Below are positions 39,285 to 48,191 of a stretch of 64,000 nt of DNA, one piece after another. The stretch is from positions 6,208,001-6,272,000 of the forward strand of contig OY760175.1 in the NCBI GenBank assembly GCA_963663165.1, written 5' to 3'. Position numbers and translations under genes: made by a program. Numbering within the stretch: the stretch's first letter is position 1; each line of letters begins with the position of its first letter. The stretch is from an uncultured Desulfospira sp. Its GTDB lineage: Bacteria > Desulfobacterota > Desulfobacteria > Desulfobacterales > Desulfobacteraceae. The notes under the pieces are model-generated. The model was not told the origin of the DNA. It saw only the letters and a list, made by a program, of their open reading frames with translations, and ran no database searches.

Positions 39285-40175
39285 ATGCCTGGATTGAGTG
39301 CAAAGCAGGCGTTGCCGGCCATATTGGCGGGAGCGGTCATGATCAGTTTTTCAGGGGTATGGGTAAAGCTTGCCCATGTTTCCCCGACGGCTTCCGCCTT
39401 TTACCGGGTTTTTTTCGGCAGCCTGTTTTTGTTCCCGGCTGCTTTTTTAAAAGGGGAGCTGTCCCGAAAATCCCTGAAGCAATACGGGATAGCGGCCTTG
39501 TCTGCCGCCTTTTTTGCCCTGGACCTGTTCTTCTGGCATAAAAGCATTCTGTATATCGGGCCGGGGCTTGCCACCATTGTGAGCAACTTTCAGGTCTTTG
39601 GCATGGCCCTGGTGGGGATCCTGTTTTTTAAGGAAAAGCTTCGGTCGGCCTTTGTCATTTCCCTTCCCCTGGCCATGGCCGGGCTTTACCTGATCATCGG
39701 CGTCAACTGGAAAACCCTGGAACCCGGATACGGGGCAGGCCTGTTGTTTGGGTTTGCCACAGCCGCCTGCTACCTTGGCTATTTGTTGACCTTGAGAATG
39801 CTCCAGTCCGGGCAAAAGGAGCACTCCCATTTCTTTTTCATGATGCTGGTCTCATTGATGAGCAGCCTGTTCTTAGGCGGCATTATGGCCGCATCCGGGG
39901 ACAGTGTTGTCATCCCGGATCTTCAGTCGTTTTTTTCTCTTGCCGCCCTGGGGTTTTTAAGCCAGTTTGCTGGATGGGTACTGATCGCCAATGCCATGCC
40001 CCATATCAGGGCTTCCCACACCGGCCTGGTGCTGCTGCTCCAGCCGGCCCTGGCCTTTGTCTGGGACGTCCTGTTTTTCTCTCGGCCCACGGGTCTGCTC
40101 AACTGGACCGGGGTGTTCATCGCCCTGGCCGCCATTTATCTGGGAACGATGCAGAAAAGAAATCCGTCAACATAA
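39285..40175 (+). CDS. DMT/EamA transporter
   Basis: About 10 TM segments; GLAT, LLLQP. Confidence 0.9.
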   Translation: MPGLSAKQALPAILAGAVMISFSGVWVKLAHVSPTASAFYRVFFGSLFLFPAAFLKGELSRKSLKQYGIAALSAAFFALDLFFWHKSILYIGPGLATIVSNFQVFGMALVGILFFKEKLRSAFVISLPLAMAGLYLIIGVNWKTLEPGYGAGLLFGFATAACYLGYLLTLRMLQSGQKEHSHFFFMMLVSLMSSLFLGGIMAASGDSVVIPDLQSFFSLAALGFLSQFAGWVLIANAMPHIRASHTGLVLLLQPALAFVWDVLFFSRPTGLLNWTGVFIALAAIYLGTMQKRNPST

Positions 40176-40244
40176 ATACCGGTGGATTTTGAATTTGATT
40201 AATTTTGTCTCATGTCCGGGAATTGTACCCGGCTGCTGAACCGG

Positions 40245-40658
40245 TTATCCGTCTTTGTTCCCCTCAATAAGCCCCATTTCGACAAGCAGGGAGATAAGTT
40301 TTTTTGGCCTGACAGGTTTGGGAAGATAAGAAGTGGCACCGCCCTGATAGTATGCTTCAAATACGTTTTGGGGATTATCAAGGGCTGTTGTCATGATGAT
40401 CTTAACTTCGTTGGATGGATCTATACCATTGTGCTGCTCTATTTCGCGGATCAATTTTAAGGCTTCCTGCCCATCCATTTGCGGCATCATAATATCAAGA
40501 CAGACCAGGTCATATGGAATTCTGCCAATAATAGCCATTTCAAAGGACTCGACCGCATCTTTGCCGGTACTCACAATATCGCAGGCACCATGGGGATCAA
40601 GTGTGGTTTTCATCAACCTCTGACTTATGGGATCGTCTTCAGCTATTAGAATTCTCAT
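40245..40658 (-). CDS. Single-domain response regulator
   Basis: AEDD, LDIMMP.MDG, TTA, KP. Confidence 0.92.
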   Translation of the reverse strand: MRILIAEDDPISQRLMKTTLDPHGACDIVSTGKDAVESFEMAIIGRIPYDLVCLDIMMPQMDGQEALKLIREIEQHNGIDPSNEVKIIMTTALDNPQNVFEAYYQGGATSYLPKPVRPKKLISLLVEMGLIEGNKDG

Positions 40659-40793
40659 GATGGTTCCCCCTGAAGATTTGTTAATAATGTTATTAAATCA
40701 AATATTTAAATAGGGTATCAAAAATACGAAAAAAAAACAAAAAAAATTTTTAAACTTTTGGAGTTGAATAGCACAGTGAAATCCTGTTCGGTT

Positions 40794-41279
40794 CTAAGGC
40801 ATGTTCAAATAAGTGTCAAGTTCGGCCATATCGTCTTCACAAAAAACGAGAATACCCTGCTGCCGCATCAGGGCGGCCGTGACCCCCATTCCCGGAATCA
40901 GGGTGCCGGAAAAGGTGCCGTCGTAGATTTCTGATTTCCCGCAGGAAGGGCTTCGCTGTTTTAAAATGGCCGCTTTCACCCCTTCTTTTACGGCCAAAGC
41001 AAGGGCCTGTTCGGCCCCGCTGATAAAGGCCCGGGAGACGTCCTCTCCCTGGATATTTTTTACCGGGGCACCGCCTTTTAAGACATCATCGCCGGACCCG
41101 CTGATGATTTCCGCCGGCGGCCGGGGCAGGGGAAGGCCGCCGGCCATTTCAGGACAGAATTTCACCAGCCGGCCCTGAAGTTCAAGCTGCCGGATCACGG
41201 GATGGTCCAGGGGGGCAAGCTTTCCGTCGTACCGGACCCTCTCCCCGGCAAGACAAGCTGATATAAGAATTTTTTCCAT
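40794..41279 (-). CDS. DUF523 (2-thiouracil desulfurase-like) protein
   Basis: SACLAG..RYDG, CPE..GGL..PR, SPSCG. Confidence 0.9.
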   Translation of the reverse strand: MEKILISACLAGERVRYDGKLAPLDHPVIRQLELQGRLVKFCPEMAGGLPLPRPPAEIISGSGDDVLKGGAPVKNIQGEDVSRAFISGAEQALALAVKEGVKAAILKQRSPSCGKSEIYDGTFSGTLIPGMGVTAALMRQQGILVFCEDDMAELDTYLNMP

Positions 41280-41293
41280 ATTTAAAAACCACT

Positions 41294-41445
41294 GTAACTA
41301 TTCAGCTAATGCTGAAAACTAAGCAAAACAAGGGTCCGTAACTGTTCATCAGTGCTTCATATTTGTTTAGTCAGACCTTCGTAGCATACTGTTGCTATGT
41401 GAGAAGGCCTGAATGAGCGAAGATGGGGCACTGCTGAACAGTTAC
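41294..41445. mobile_element. 152-bp GTAAC-ended MITE, copy 2
   Basis: 8-bp TSD AAACCACT (41286-41293, 41446-41453); near-identical to 7350-7501. Confidence 0.93.
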
Positions 41446-41452
41446 AAACCAC

Positions 41453-42352
41453 TCAACCCTGATTGGTATGCAGTACCCGGACAATCCCGTCGGCAAGTCC
41501 CTGCATGGGGACGTGGATCTTTTCGCACCGGCCCCAGTCCATGGCCTTAAGGTAAATTTTCGCGCCGGGGATGATGACATCGGCCCGGTCCGGTTTAAGG
41601 TAAAAGCGCATCATCCGCTCTTCTAAAGAATAAGCGGCCAGATCGGCCCGGACCTTTTTGATTTTATCCCGGGTCACCCAGGACCCCGGCCGGCCCTTGG
41701 CCAGCTTGAACAGCTTGTTGATATTGCCGCCGCTGCCGATGGCCTCTACCGGGTCATGGCCCCGGGTTATTTTTTTCAGCCAGGACTTCATATGTTTCCA
41801 GTCCTTGTCCTGGACCCGGTCGTTGAGCAGCCGGATGGTCCCGATATTAAAAGACCGGCTGGCCCTGACCCGGCCGTCGCAGAACAGGGTAATCTCCGTG
41901 CTGCCGCCGCCCACATCCACGAACAGGGCCGCCTTTTGGGGCGAGGTCATGATCCTGTGGCGGTTTTGAAACAGATACCGGGCCTCCTGCTTGCCGTTGA
42001 TGATCTCAATGTCAATACCGGTCTTTTCTTTAATCCGCCGGCAGACGTCATCCCCGTTCTCAGCCGTTCTCATGGCGGATGTGGCGCAGGCCTTGAAGGC
42101 CACGGGCTGAAACGCGTCAATCAGGTTTGAAAACCCAGTCATGGTCTTTTGAAGTTTTTCGGCCCGTTCATCAGAGATCCGCCCGGTTAAAAAGGCATCT
42201 TCGCCCAGGCGGATGGGCATCCTCATCCAGGAAATCTTTTTGACCCGAAGATCGGCTTCTGTTTGCGAAACCATGGACAACAGCAGGCGTACCGCATTGG
42301 AACCGATGTCGATGGCCGCGTATTTAGTCATTGAATCCATAATGCTTGACAT
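41453..42352 (-). CDS. ppx: Ppx/GppA exopolyphosphatase (short form)
   Basis: IDIGSNAVR, ATSAMR, DVGGGSTE, DRADVI. Confidence 0.92.
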   Translation of the reverse strand: MSSIMDSMTKYAAIDIGSNAVRLLLSMVSQTEADLRVKKISWMRMPIRLGEDAFLTGRISDERAEKLQKTMTGFSNLIDAFQPVAFKACATSAMRTAENGDDVCRRIKEKTGIDIEIINGKQEARYLFQNRHRIMTSPQKAALFVDVGGGSTEITLFCDGRVRASRSFNIGTIRLLNDRVQDKDWKHMKSWLKKITRGHDPVEAIGSGGNINKLFKLAKGRPGSWVTRDKIKKVRADLAAYSLEERMMRFYLKPDRADVIIPGAKIYLKAMDWGRCEKIHVPMQGLADGIVRVLHTNQG

Positions 42353-42410
42353 CTTAGTATAATGACGTCATTATATCAAGACAGAAAAATCATGCTAACA
42401 AGGATCTCAC

Positions 42411-42572
42411 ATGGCTAAATCCAAAAAGGTGAACACCTCTCTTCGGCTGGAAAAAAAGGTTTTAAAAGAGCTTAAAATCCTGGCCATTGAAAAAGAGACC
42501 AGTGTTCAGGCCATCATGGAAAGACTCATCCACGAATATATTCAAAAAAATAAGGAAAAAACGGACCCATGA
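42411..42572 (+). CDS. Ribbon-helix-helix protein, 53 aa (absent from the ORF track)
   Basis: MAKSKKVNTSLRLEKKVLKELKILAIEKETSVQAIMERLIHEYIQKNKEKTDP; AAGGA RBS; ATGA overlap with the CHAD gene. Confidence 0.85.
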   Translation: MAKSKKVNTSLRLEKKVLKELKILAIEKETSVQAIMERLIHEYIQKNKEKTDP

Positions 42573-44080
42573 ATCTACCCGATCCCGGAACGTTTACGTT
42601 TCCGGCCGCCATCAAATTAAAAAGCCTTAACGCCGGACTCAAAGATTCCGGGATGATCCTTGAGGCAAATCCAGTGGAACCGGAGGACGGAATCGTTCTG
42701 GATACCTTTGATTCGGCCGTTTACCATTCACACAGCATCCTGTTGCAAACCGACGGCCGTCTGATCCGGATCTGTTATAAAGCCGGCCCCACGGTTCAGC
42801 CGGCCCCCAAAGGCAGCTGGAAATTCGCCAAAGACCTTCCCGACGGGGAGATAAAAACTTTTTTAGTGTCCCTGTGCCCCTTGCGTGCCCTCATGTCCGA
42901 GGGGAAAATTAAGCTGACCCTGGACACACTGCGGCTCCTGGATGACGAGAAGAAAACCCGCTGCCGAATTGAGGTGGTCTGCATCACCCGGGAGGCGCTT
43001 TCCTGGACCTTTATGCGAACCCTTCCCATGCGTGGTTATAACGCTGCCCATGACCTGATTTGCGACCTTCTCAATAAGGATGCTTTCCCGGCTTCTCCGG
43101 CAGAAGTTTTGAACCTGCCCATTTCAAACTATACCGCCAAGCCGGAGATCCGCCTTTCCCCCAAAGTGCCCATCAAGACCAGCCTGTGTGCTATTGTCAG
43201 TGCCTATCTTAATGTCACCCGCCTTAACGAAACCGGCCTTGCCAATGACATTGACACTGAATTTTTACACCAGTGGCGGGTCAGCCTGCGGAAAGTGCGG
43301 TCCGTGCTGACCCTGTTCAAGGGGGTGGTTGAAGCCCAAACCCTTGACAGGCTGAACCAGGATTTCAAAACCATTATGCAGGACACCAACCTGATGCGGG
43401 ACCGGGACGTTTACCTTTTATCCCGGGAAGACTACATGGCCATGGTGCCCCCTAAGGCACATCCCGGCCTTGAAATCCTCTTTGACCTGCTCGGGCAGGA
43501 GAGAAACCAGGCCTTTGAAAAGGTTAAGGCCATGCTCAGGTCCAAGGCCTACAAAAAACAGTTCAAAGCCCTTCAGGACCTGTTCAACGCCCCCAAAACC
43601 CTGCCGGCGGGGCCAAAGGCGGATGCCCCGTCCCGGGAGTTTGCCGCAGAACTTATTCTCAAACGGTATAAAAAGGTGTGCAAACTGGCAAAGGCCATTA
43701 CGGCCCAGACCCCGGATGAGACCATCCATGACTTGAGGATTCAGTGCAAAAAACTGCGCTACCTTATTGAATCGTCCGCCCCCCTGTTCGACCCCCAGAA
43801 GGGAAAGGACCTGCTCAAAACCCTTAAAGGCCTTCAGGAACACTTAGGGAATTTTAACGACCAGTCGGTCCAGCAGGTGACCTTAGCCCAGTGCCTTGAC
43901 CGGTATGCCGGCAAAGATGAGACCCAAAAGGCCCTGGCCGAAAGCATCGGTGCCCTGACCGCCATGCTTTACACCAGGCAGCTTGCCGAACGTCAGTTGA
44001 TTATTGACAACCTTTCCCAGTTTTACAGCCCCGAGACCCGGGACGCCGTTAACCAGCTTTTTGACCCAAAGGAGGCTTAA
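42569..44080 (+). CDS. CHAD domain protein
   Basis: EFLHQWRVSLRKVRS, RDRDV, IHDLRIQCKKLRY, LQEHLGNFND. Confidence 0.92.
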   Translation: MNLPDPGTFTFPAAIKLKSLNAGLKDSGMILEANPVEPEDGIVLDTFDSAVYHSHSILLQTDGRLIRICYKAGPTVQPAPKGSWKFAKDLPDGEIKTFLVSLCPLRALMSEGKIKLTLDTLRLLDDEKKTRCRIEVVCITREALSWTFMRTLPMRGYNAAHDLICDLLNKDAFPASPAEVLNLPISNYTAKPEIRLSPKVPIKTSLCAIVSAYLNVTRLNETGLANDIDTEFLHQWRVSLRKVRSVLTLFKGVVEAQTLDRLNQDFKTIMQDTNLMRDRDVYLLSREDYMAMVPPKAHPGLEILFDLLGQERNQAFEKVKAMLRSKAYKKQFKALQDLFNAPKTLPAGPKADAPSREFAAELILKRYKKVCKLAKAITAQTPDETIHDLRIQCKKLRYLIESSAPLFDPQKGKDLLKTLKGLQEHLGNFNDQSVQQVTLAQCLDRYAGKDETQKALAESIGALTAMLYTRQLAERQLIIDNLSQFYSPETRDAVNQLFDPKEA

Positions 44081-44084
44081 ATCC

Positions 44085-44819
44085 GTGAAACTCATTGCCT
44101 GCTATTCCAACAAGGGCGGGGTCGGCAAAACTGCGGCCTCGGTCAACCTGTCCTATGCCAGCGCCCTTTGGGGCAACAAAACCCTGTTGTGCGACCTGGA
44201 CCCCCAGGGGGCTTCGGGATTTTACTTTCGAGTAAAGCCGTCCAAAAAGCTTACGGACCAGACCTTTTTCAAGGATACCCGGAAATTTGCAGACGCCATC
44301 CGGGCCAGTGACTATGAAAACCTGGATCTGCTGCCGGCCAATTTAAGTTTCAGGGATTTTGACATTCTGCTGTCAAGGATGAAAAAAAGCCGGACCCGGC
44401 TCGATAAACCCTTAAAATCCGTGGACGGGGAATATGATGTGATTATTTTGGACTGCCCCCCCAACATCTCCCTTTTGTCTGAAAATGTCTTTAAGGTGGC
44501 CGATCAGATTGTGGTACCGGTGATTCCCACCACCCTTTCCCAGCGAAGCCTTGAGCATCTGTACGATTTTTTCAAGGACAATGGGTATAAGACGGGTAAA
44601 ATACAGCCGTTTTTCTCCATGGTCCAGCAAAGCAAGTCACTTCATATAACCACCATGGAACAGATCCGGGCCGGCCATAAAAAAGTAATGAACACCAGTA
44701 TTCCCTTTTCCACCCATATTGAACGGATGGGCATCTACCGGGCCCCGGCCTTAAGCTATGCCGGAAAGGAGACCGCTGTGGCCGCCTATATGGACTTGTG
44801 GAAAGAAATTCAAAATTAA
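44085..44819 (+). CDS. ParA/Soj-family ATPase
   Basis: GGAGG + GTG start; KGGVGKT, DLDPQG, LDCPP. Confidence 0.93.
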   Translation: MKLIACYSNKGGVGKTAASVNLSYASALWGNKTLLCDLDPQGASGFYFRVKPSKKLTDQTFFKDTRKFADAIRASDYENLDLLPANLSFRDFDILLSRMKKSRTRLDKPLKSVDGEYDVIILDCPPNISLLSENVFKVADQIVVPVIPTTLSQRSLEHLYDFFKDNGYKTGKIQPFFSMVQQSKSLHITTMEQIRAGHKKVMNTSIPFSTHIERMGIYRAPALSYAGKETAVAAYMDLWKEIQN

Positions 44820-44826
44820 CGGCCAC

Positions 44827-44861
44827 ACAGCTAAAGGCTAACAGCTGAAAGCTAAAGGCTC
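44827..44861. repeat. Heptamer array, family A x5
   Basis: acagcta aaggcta acagctg aaagcta aaggctc. Confidence 0.85.
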
Positions 44862-44882
44862 TAAGACAAGGTCCCATTTATC

Positions 44883-45344
44883 ATGAAAGAGATTGAACGA
44901 AAATTTTTGCTGTCCCAGATGCCGGACATTCCTTTGCAATCCACCGTGTCGGTCCGGCAGGGCTATATTACCGAATCTGAGGACTCTGTGGAGGTCCGGC
45001 TGCGCCAGAAAGGGGACCGCTTTTTTATGACCGTTAAAAAGGGCCAGGGCCTTGTCCGGGAAGAGGGGGAAATCAGCATTACACCAGAAGATTTTAACCG
45101 GCTGTGGCCCATGACCCGGGGAAGACAGGTGGAAAAGACCCGGTCCAAATCTGATTTAGGAAACGGACTGGTCGCGGAAATCGATGTCTTTTCAGGGGAT
45201 CTTGAGGGCCTGATGCTTTGTGAGGTGGAGTTCAAAGACCCGGACCAGGCTGAACAATTTACTCCCCCCTGGTGGTTTGGCACCGATGTGACCCAGGACA
45301 GCCGGTACAAAAACAAGAGCCTTGCCCAAAAGGGGATTCCTTAA
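44883..45344 (+). CDS. CYTH (triphosphate tunnel) protein
   Basis: EIERKFL, QGY, VRLR, EKTR, EVEF, YKN. Confidence 0.93.
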   Translation: MKEIERKFLLSQMPDIPLQSTVSVRQGYITESEDSVEVRLRQKGDRFFMTVKKGQGLVREEGEISITPEDFNRLWPMTRGRQVEKTRSKSDLGNGLVAEIDVFSGDLEGLMLCEVEFKDPDQAEQFTPPWWFGTDVTQDSRYKNKSLAQKGIP

Positions 45345-45358
45345 CAAGGAGAAACACC

Positions 45359-46282
45359 ATGGATCGACGGGATTTTTTAAAAAAGGCTATTGGCGGCGGG
45401 ATTGCGGCCGGGTCCGCCCTTGCCCTCACAGGGGCCGGCAGGCTCTGGGCTTCGCCCCAAAAAAGCCCGGGGGAAGTGGTTGACCTGGTGGCGGTCAGGG
45501 GAGGGGAACCGGACGAGATGTTTGATGCAGCCATCCCTTCTCTGGGCGGGATTAACGCTTTCGTGCCCAGGGGCAGCCGGGTCCTGGTCAAGCCGAATAT
45601 CGGCTGGGATGCCCCGCCTGAACGGGCCGGCAACACCCATCCGGCCCTGGTGGGTCACATTATCGGACAATGCCTTCTGGCCGGGGCAAAAGAGGTGACG
45701 GTATTTGACCACACCTGTGACAACTGGCGGCGCTGCTATAAAAACAGCGGCATAGAAGATGCGGTAAATGCTGCCGGCGGGAAAATGGTATCCGGCGATA
45801 ATGAGGGGTATTACAAAAGCGTTCCCGTGCCCAGAGGGGTGCGGCTCAAAGAAGCCAAAGTCCATGAGGCCCTCCTTAATGCGGATGTGTTCATCAATGT
45901 GCCGGTACTCAAGCACCACAGTTCTTCCATGGTGACCATCGGCATGAAAAACCTGATGGGGGTGGTCTGGGACCGCTGGTCCTGGCACCGCAACGACCTT
46001 CACCAGTGCATTGCGGATTTTGCGTCCTTTAGAAAACCCGACCTCACGGTGGTGGACGCCTATAATGTGATGAAACGCAACGGCCCGAGAGGGGTGTCGG
46101 TCAGTGATGTGGTCTTATTGAAAGCCCAGGTCCTTTCCACAGACCCGGTGGCGGCCGATGCGGCAGGGGCCAGACTCTTTGGGGAAGAGCCCGGCGATAT
46201 CCGCCACATAAGGATCGCGTCTGAAATGAACCTGGGAACCATGAACCTTGAAGCCCTGTCCATCAACCGCATCAAACTGTAA
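45359..46282 (+). CDS. Tat-exported DUF362 protein
   Basis: MDRRDFLK; VKPNIGW, PVLKHH, MKNLMG, DPVAAD. Confidence 0.9.
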   Translation: MDRRDFLKKAIGGGIAAGSALALTGAGRLWASPQKSPGEVVDLVAVRGGEPDEMFDAAIPSLGGINAFVPRGSRVLVKPNIGWDAPPERAGNTHPALVGHIIGQCLLAGAKEVTVFDHTCDNWRRCYKNSGIEDAVNAAGGKMVSGDNEGYYKSVPVPRGVRLKEAKVHEALLNADVFINVPVLKHHSSSMVTIGMKNLMGVVWDRWSWHRNDLHQCIADFASFRKPDLTVVDAYNVMKRNGPRGVSVSDVVLLKAQVLSTDPVAADAAGARLFGEEPGDIRHIRIASEMNLGTMNLEALSINRIKL

Positions 46283-47869
46283 ATGAAGCTTTCCCATATC
46301 AAGCGGTTCCGGGTGTCCATGGCCATTGTTTTTTGGGTGTCCACCGCCGTTCTTTTCCTGGATCTTTGGGACACCGGGGTCAGTACCGTTGCCGGGGAAT
46401 TGCTTTTTTTGCAGGTCGTCCCGTCACTGCTCAACTTCCTGAACCATGGGGCCGTTGAGGGCGCAGGGTTTATGATTGTTCTTTTGATCACCCTGGTGTT
46501 CGGCAGGATTTACTGTTCGGCGATTTGCCCCTTGGGGATATTCCAGGATATGATTGCCCGGCTGTTTTCAAAAAAAACGCCCCCGGGCAAACAACGGTAC
46601 CGGTATGCCTTTTCACCGCCTTTCACCGTCCTGCGGTATACCATCCTGTGCCTGACAATTCTCACCTTTATGCTGGGCAGCGGACTGATACTGAACCTTC
46701 TGGATCCGTTCAGCAGTTTTGGCCGGATTCTGGCCCATGTTTTCCGCCCCATTGCCGTCGCGGTAAACAACCTTGCAGTGCCCTTGACTGACGTTCTGGG
46801 CGTCCCGGCTCTTTTCCTTGTCCAGTGGCCGGTGCTGGCCCCGGTGTCCTTAGGTGTTGCCCTGGCAGCCCTGGGCCTTTTGGGATGGATGAGTGCCCGG
46901 CACGGCCGCCTTTGCTGCAACACCATCTGCCCTGTGGGAACCCTGCTTGGCCTGGTTTCAAAGGTGTCTCTGGTCAGAATCGGCATTGACACGGGGGCCT
47001 GCAAGTCCTGCGGCCAATGCATGAGCGTATGCAAGGCCGGCTGTATTGATGTAAAGACCAAACAGGTGGATATCAGCCGGTGCGTTGCTTGCTTTAACTG
47101 CCTTTCCGCCTGTCCTGGCCAGGCCATGACCTACAAGCCGGGGCGACAGCCTGCAAAAATGAACGTCAATGTTCCGGCTGGCCGAAGGGGATTCATGCTT
47201 GCCCTTGCGGCGGGTGCTGCCGGCATGGCGTCGACAAGGCTTTGTGCCCAGCCCAACCCTTTGCCGGCTCAGGCCAGGCCCACCACCATTCCTGAAAAAA
47301 GAACCTGCCCCATATCCCCGCCTGGCTCTGTGGGTATTGACCGATACACCGGCATCTGCACGGCCTGCCATCTGTGCGTCTGTGCCTGCCCGTCCCGGGT
47401 GCTGGTGCCCTCGATGTTTTCTTTCGGGCTGTCCGGGGTCATGCAGCCGAAAATGGATTTTTCTTCTGGCCACTGCAACTATGACTGCACGGTCTGTTCA
47501 CAGGTCTGCCCCACCAATGCCATCCAGCCCCTGTCAACGCAAAAAAAACGACAGACCCAGGTGGGCACAGCCAAATTCATCAAAGAAAACTGTGTGGTCT
47601 ATACGGACCAGACCAACTGCGGCGCCTGCTCGGAACACTGCCCCACCAAGGCGGTTCACATGGTGCCCTACCTCAATGTTGACGGCCGGAAGCTGGTGAT
47701 TCCCCAGGTAAACGAAGCCATTTGCGTGGGTTGCGGCGGGTGTGAACATGCCTGCCCCACCCGGCCTTACAAAGCCATTTATGTGGACGGCAACCCGGTT
47801 CACCGTGTGGCGGATAAACCGTTAGAACAAAAACTTGATGCCGATACCGGGAAAGACTTTCCGTTTTGA
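46283..47869 (+). CDS. Membrane polyferredoxin (NapH-like + NapG-like)
   Basis: GRIYCSAICPLG; several CxxCxxCxxxCP motifs; TM segments. Confidence 0.9.
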   Translation: MKLSHIKRFRVSMAIVFWVSTAVLFLDLWDTGVSTVAGELLFLQVVPSLLNFLNHGAVEGAGFMIVLLITLVFGRIYCSAICPLGIFQDMIARLFSKKTPPGKQRYRYAFSPPFTVLRYTILCLTILTFMLGSGLILNLLDPFSSFGRILAHVFRPIAVAVNNLAVPLTDVLGVPALFLVQWPVLAPVSLGVALAALGLLGWMSARHGRLCCNTICPVGTLLGLVSKVSLVRIGIDTGACKSCGQCMSVCKAGCIDVKTKQVDISRCVACFNCLSACPGQAMTYKPGRQPAKMNVNVPAGRRGFMLALAAGAAGMASTRLCAQPNPLPAQARPTTIPEKRTCPISPPGSVGIDRYTGICTACHLCVCACPSRVLVPSMFSFGLSGVMQPKMDFSSGHCNYDCTVCSQVCPTNAIQPLSTQKKRQTQVGTAKFIKENCVVYTDQTNCGACSEHCPTKAVHMVPYLNVDGRKLVIPQVNEAICVGCGGCEHACPTRPYKAIYVDGNPVHRVADKPLEQKLDADTGKDFPF

Positions 47870-47979
47870 CCGCGGCATCGATGTTCATACGGTGGGGCAG
47901 TTTTTAAATTCGTTGTCATATCCCCGGTGTCCGGGCTATGGCAATTTTAGGCTGGAAATGGGGTTTATCTTCAAAAAAT

Positions 47980-48063
47980 TGGACTTGGGACTTGGGATAT
48001 GGGACCTGGGGATTGCGGCATCCACGGCCTCCCCAAGTCCCATATCCCATATCCCAAGTCTCA
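47980..48063. repeat. Heptamer hairpin array, family C
   Basis: tgggact tgggata tgggacc ... ccccaag tcccata tcccata tcccaag tctcaac. Confidence 0.85.
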
Positions 48064-48191
48064 ACAATATACATTATAATCCTTCCCAAAGAACACCAAA
48101 CCCAAAACCGGAGATACACCTTTGCCCTGATTCCCGGATTTGCCTGTCTGGTATCTTTCTGAAAGTTGTGCTATAAACCCCTGCCGTAACT

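Noticed and set aside
44085..44819. Chromosome or plasmid partition locus
   Set aside because: No parB, parS or rep; neighbours are polyP-related
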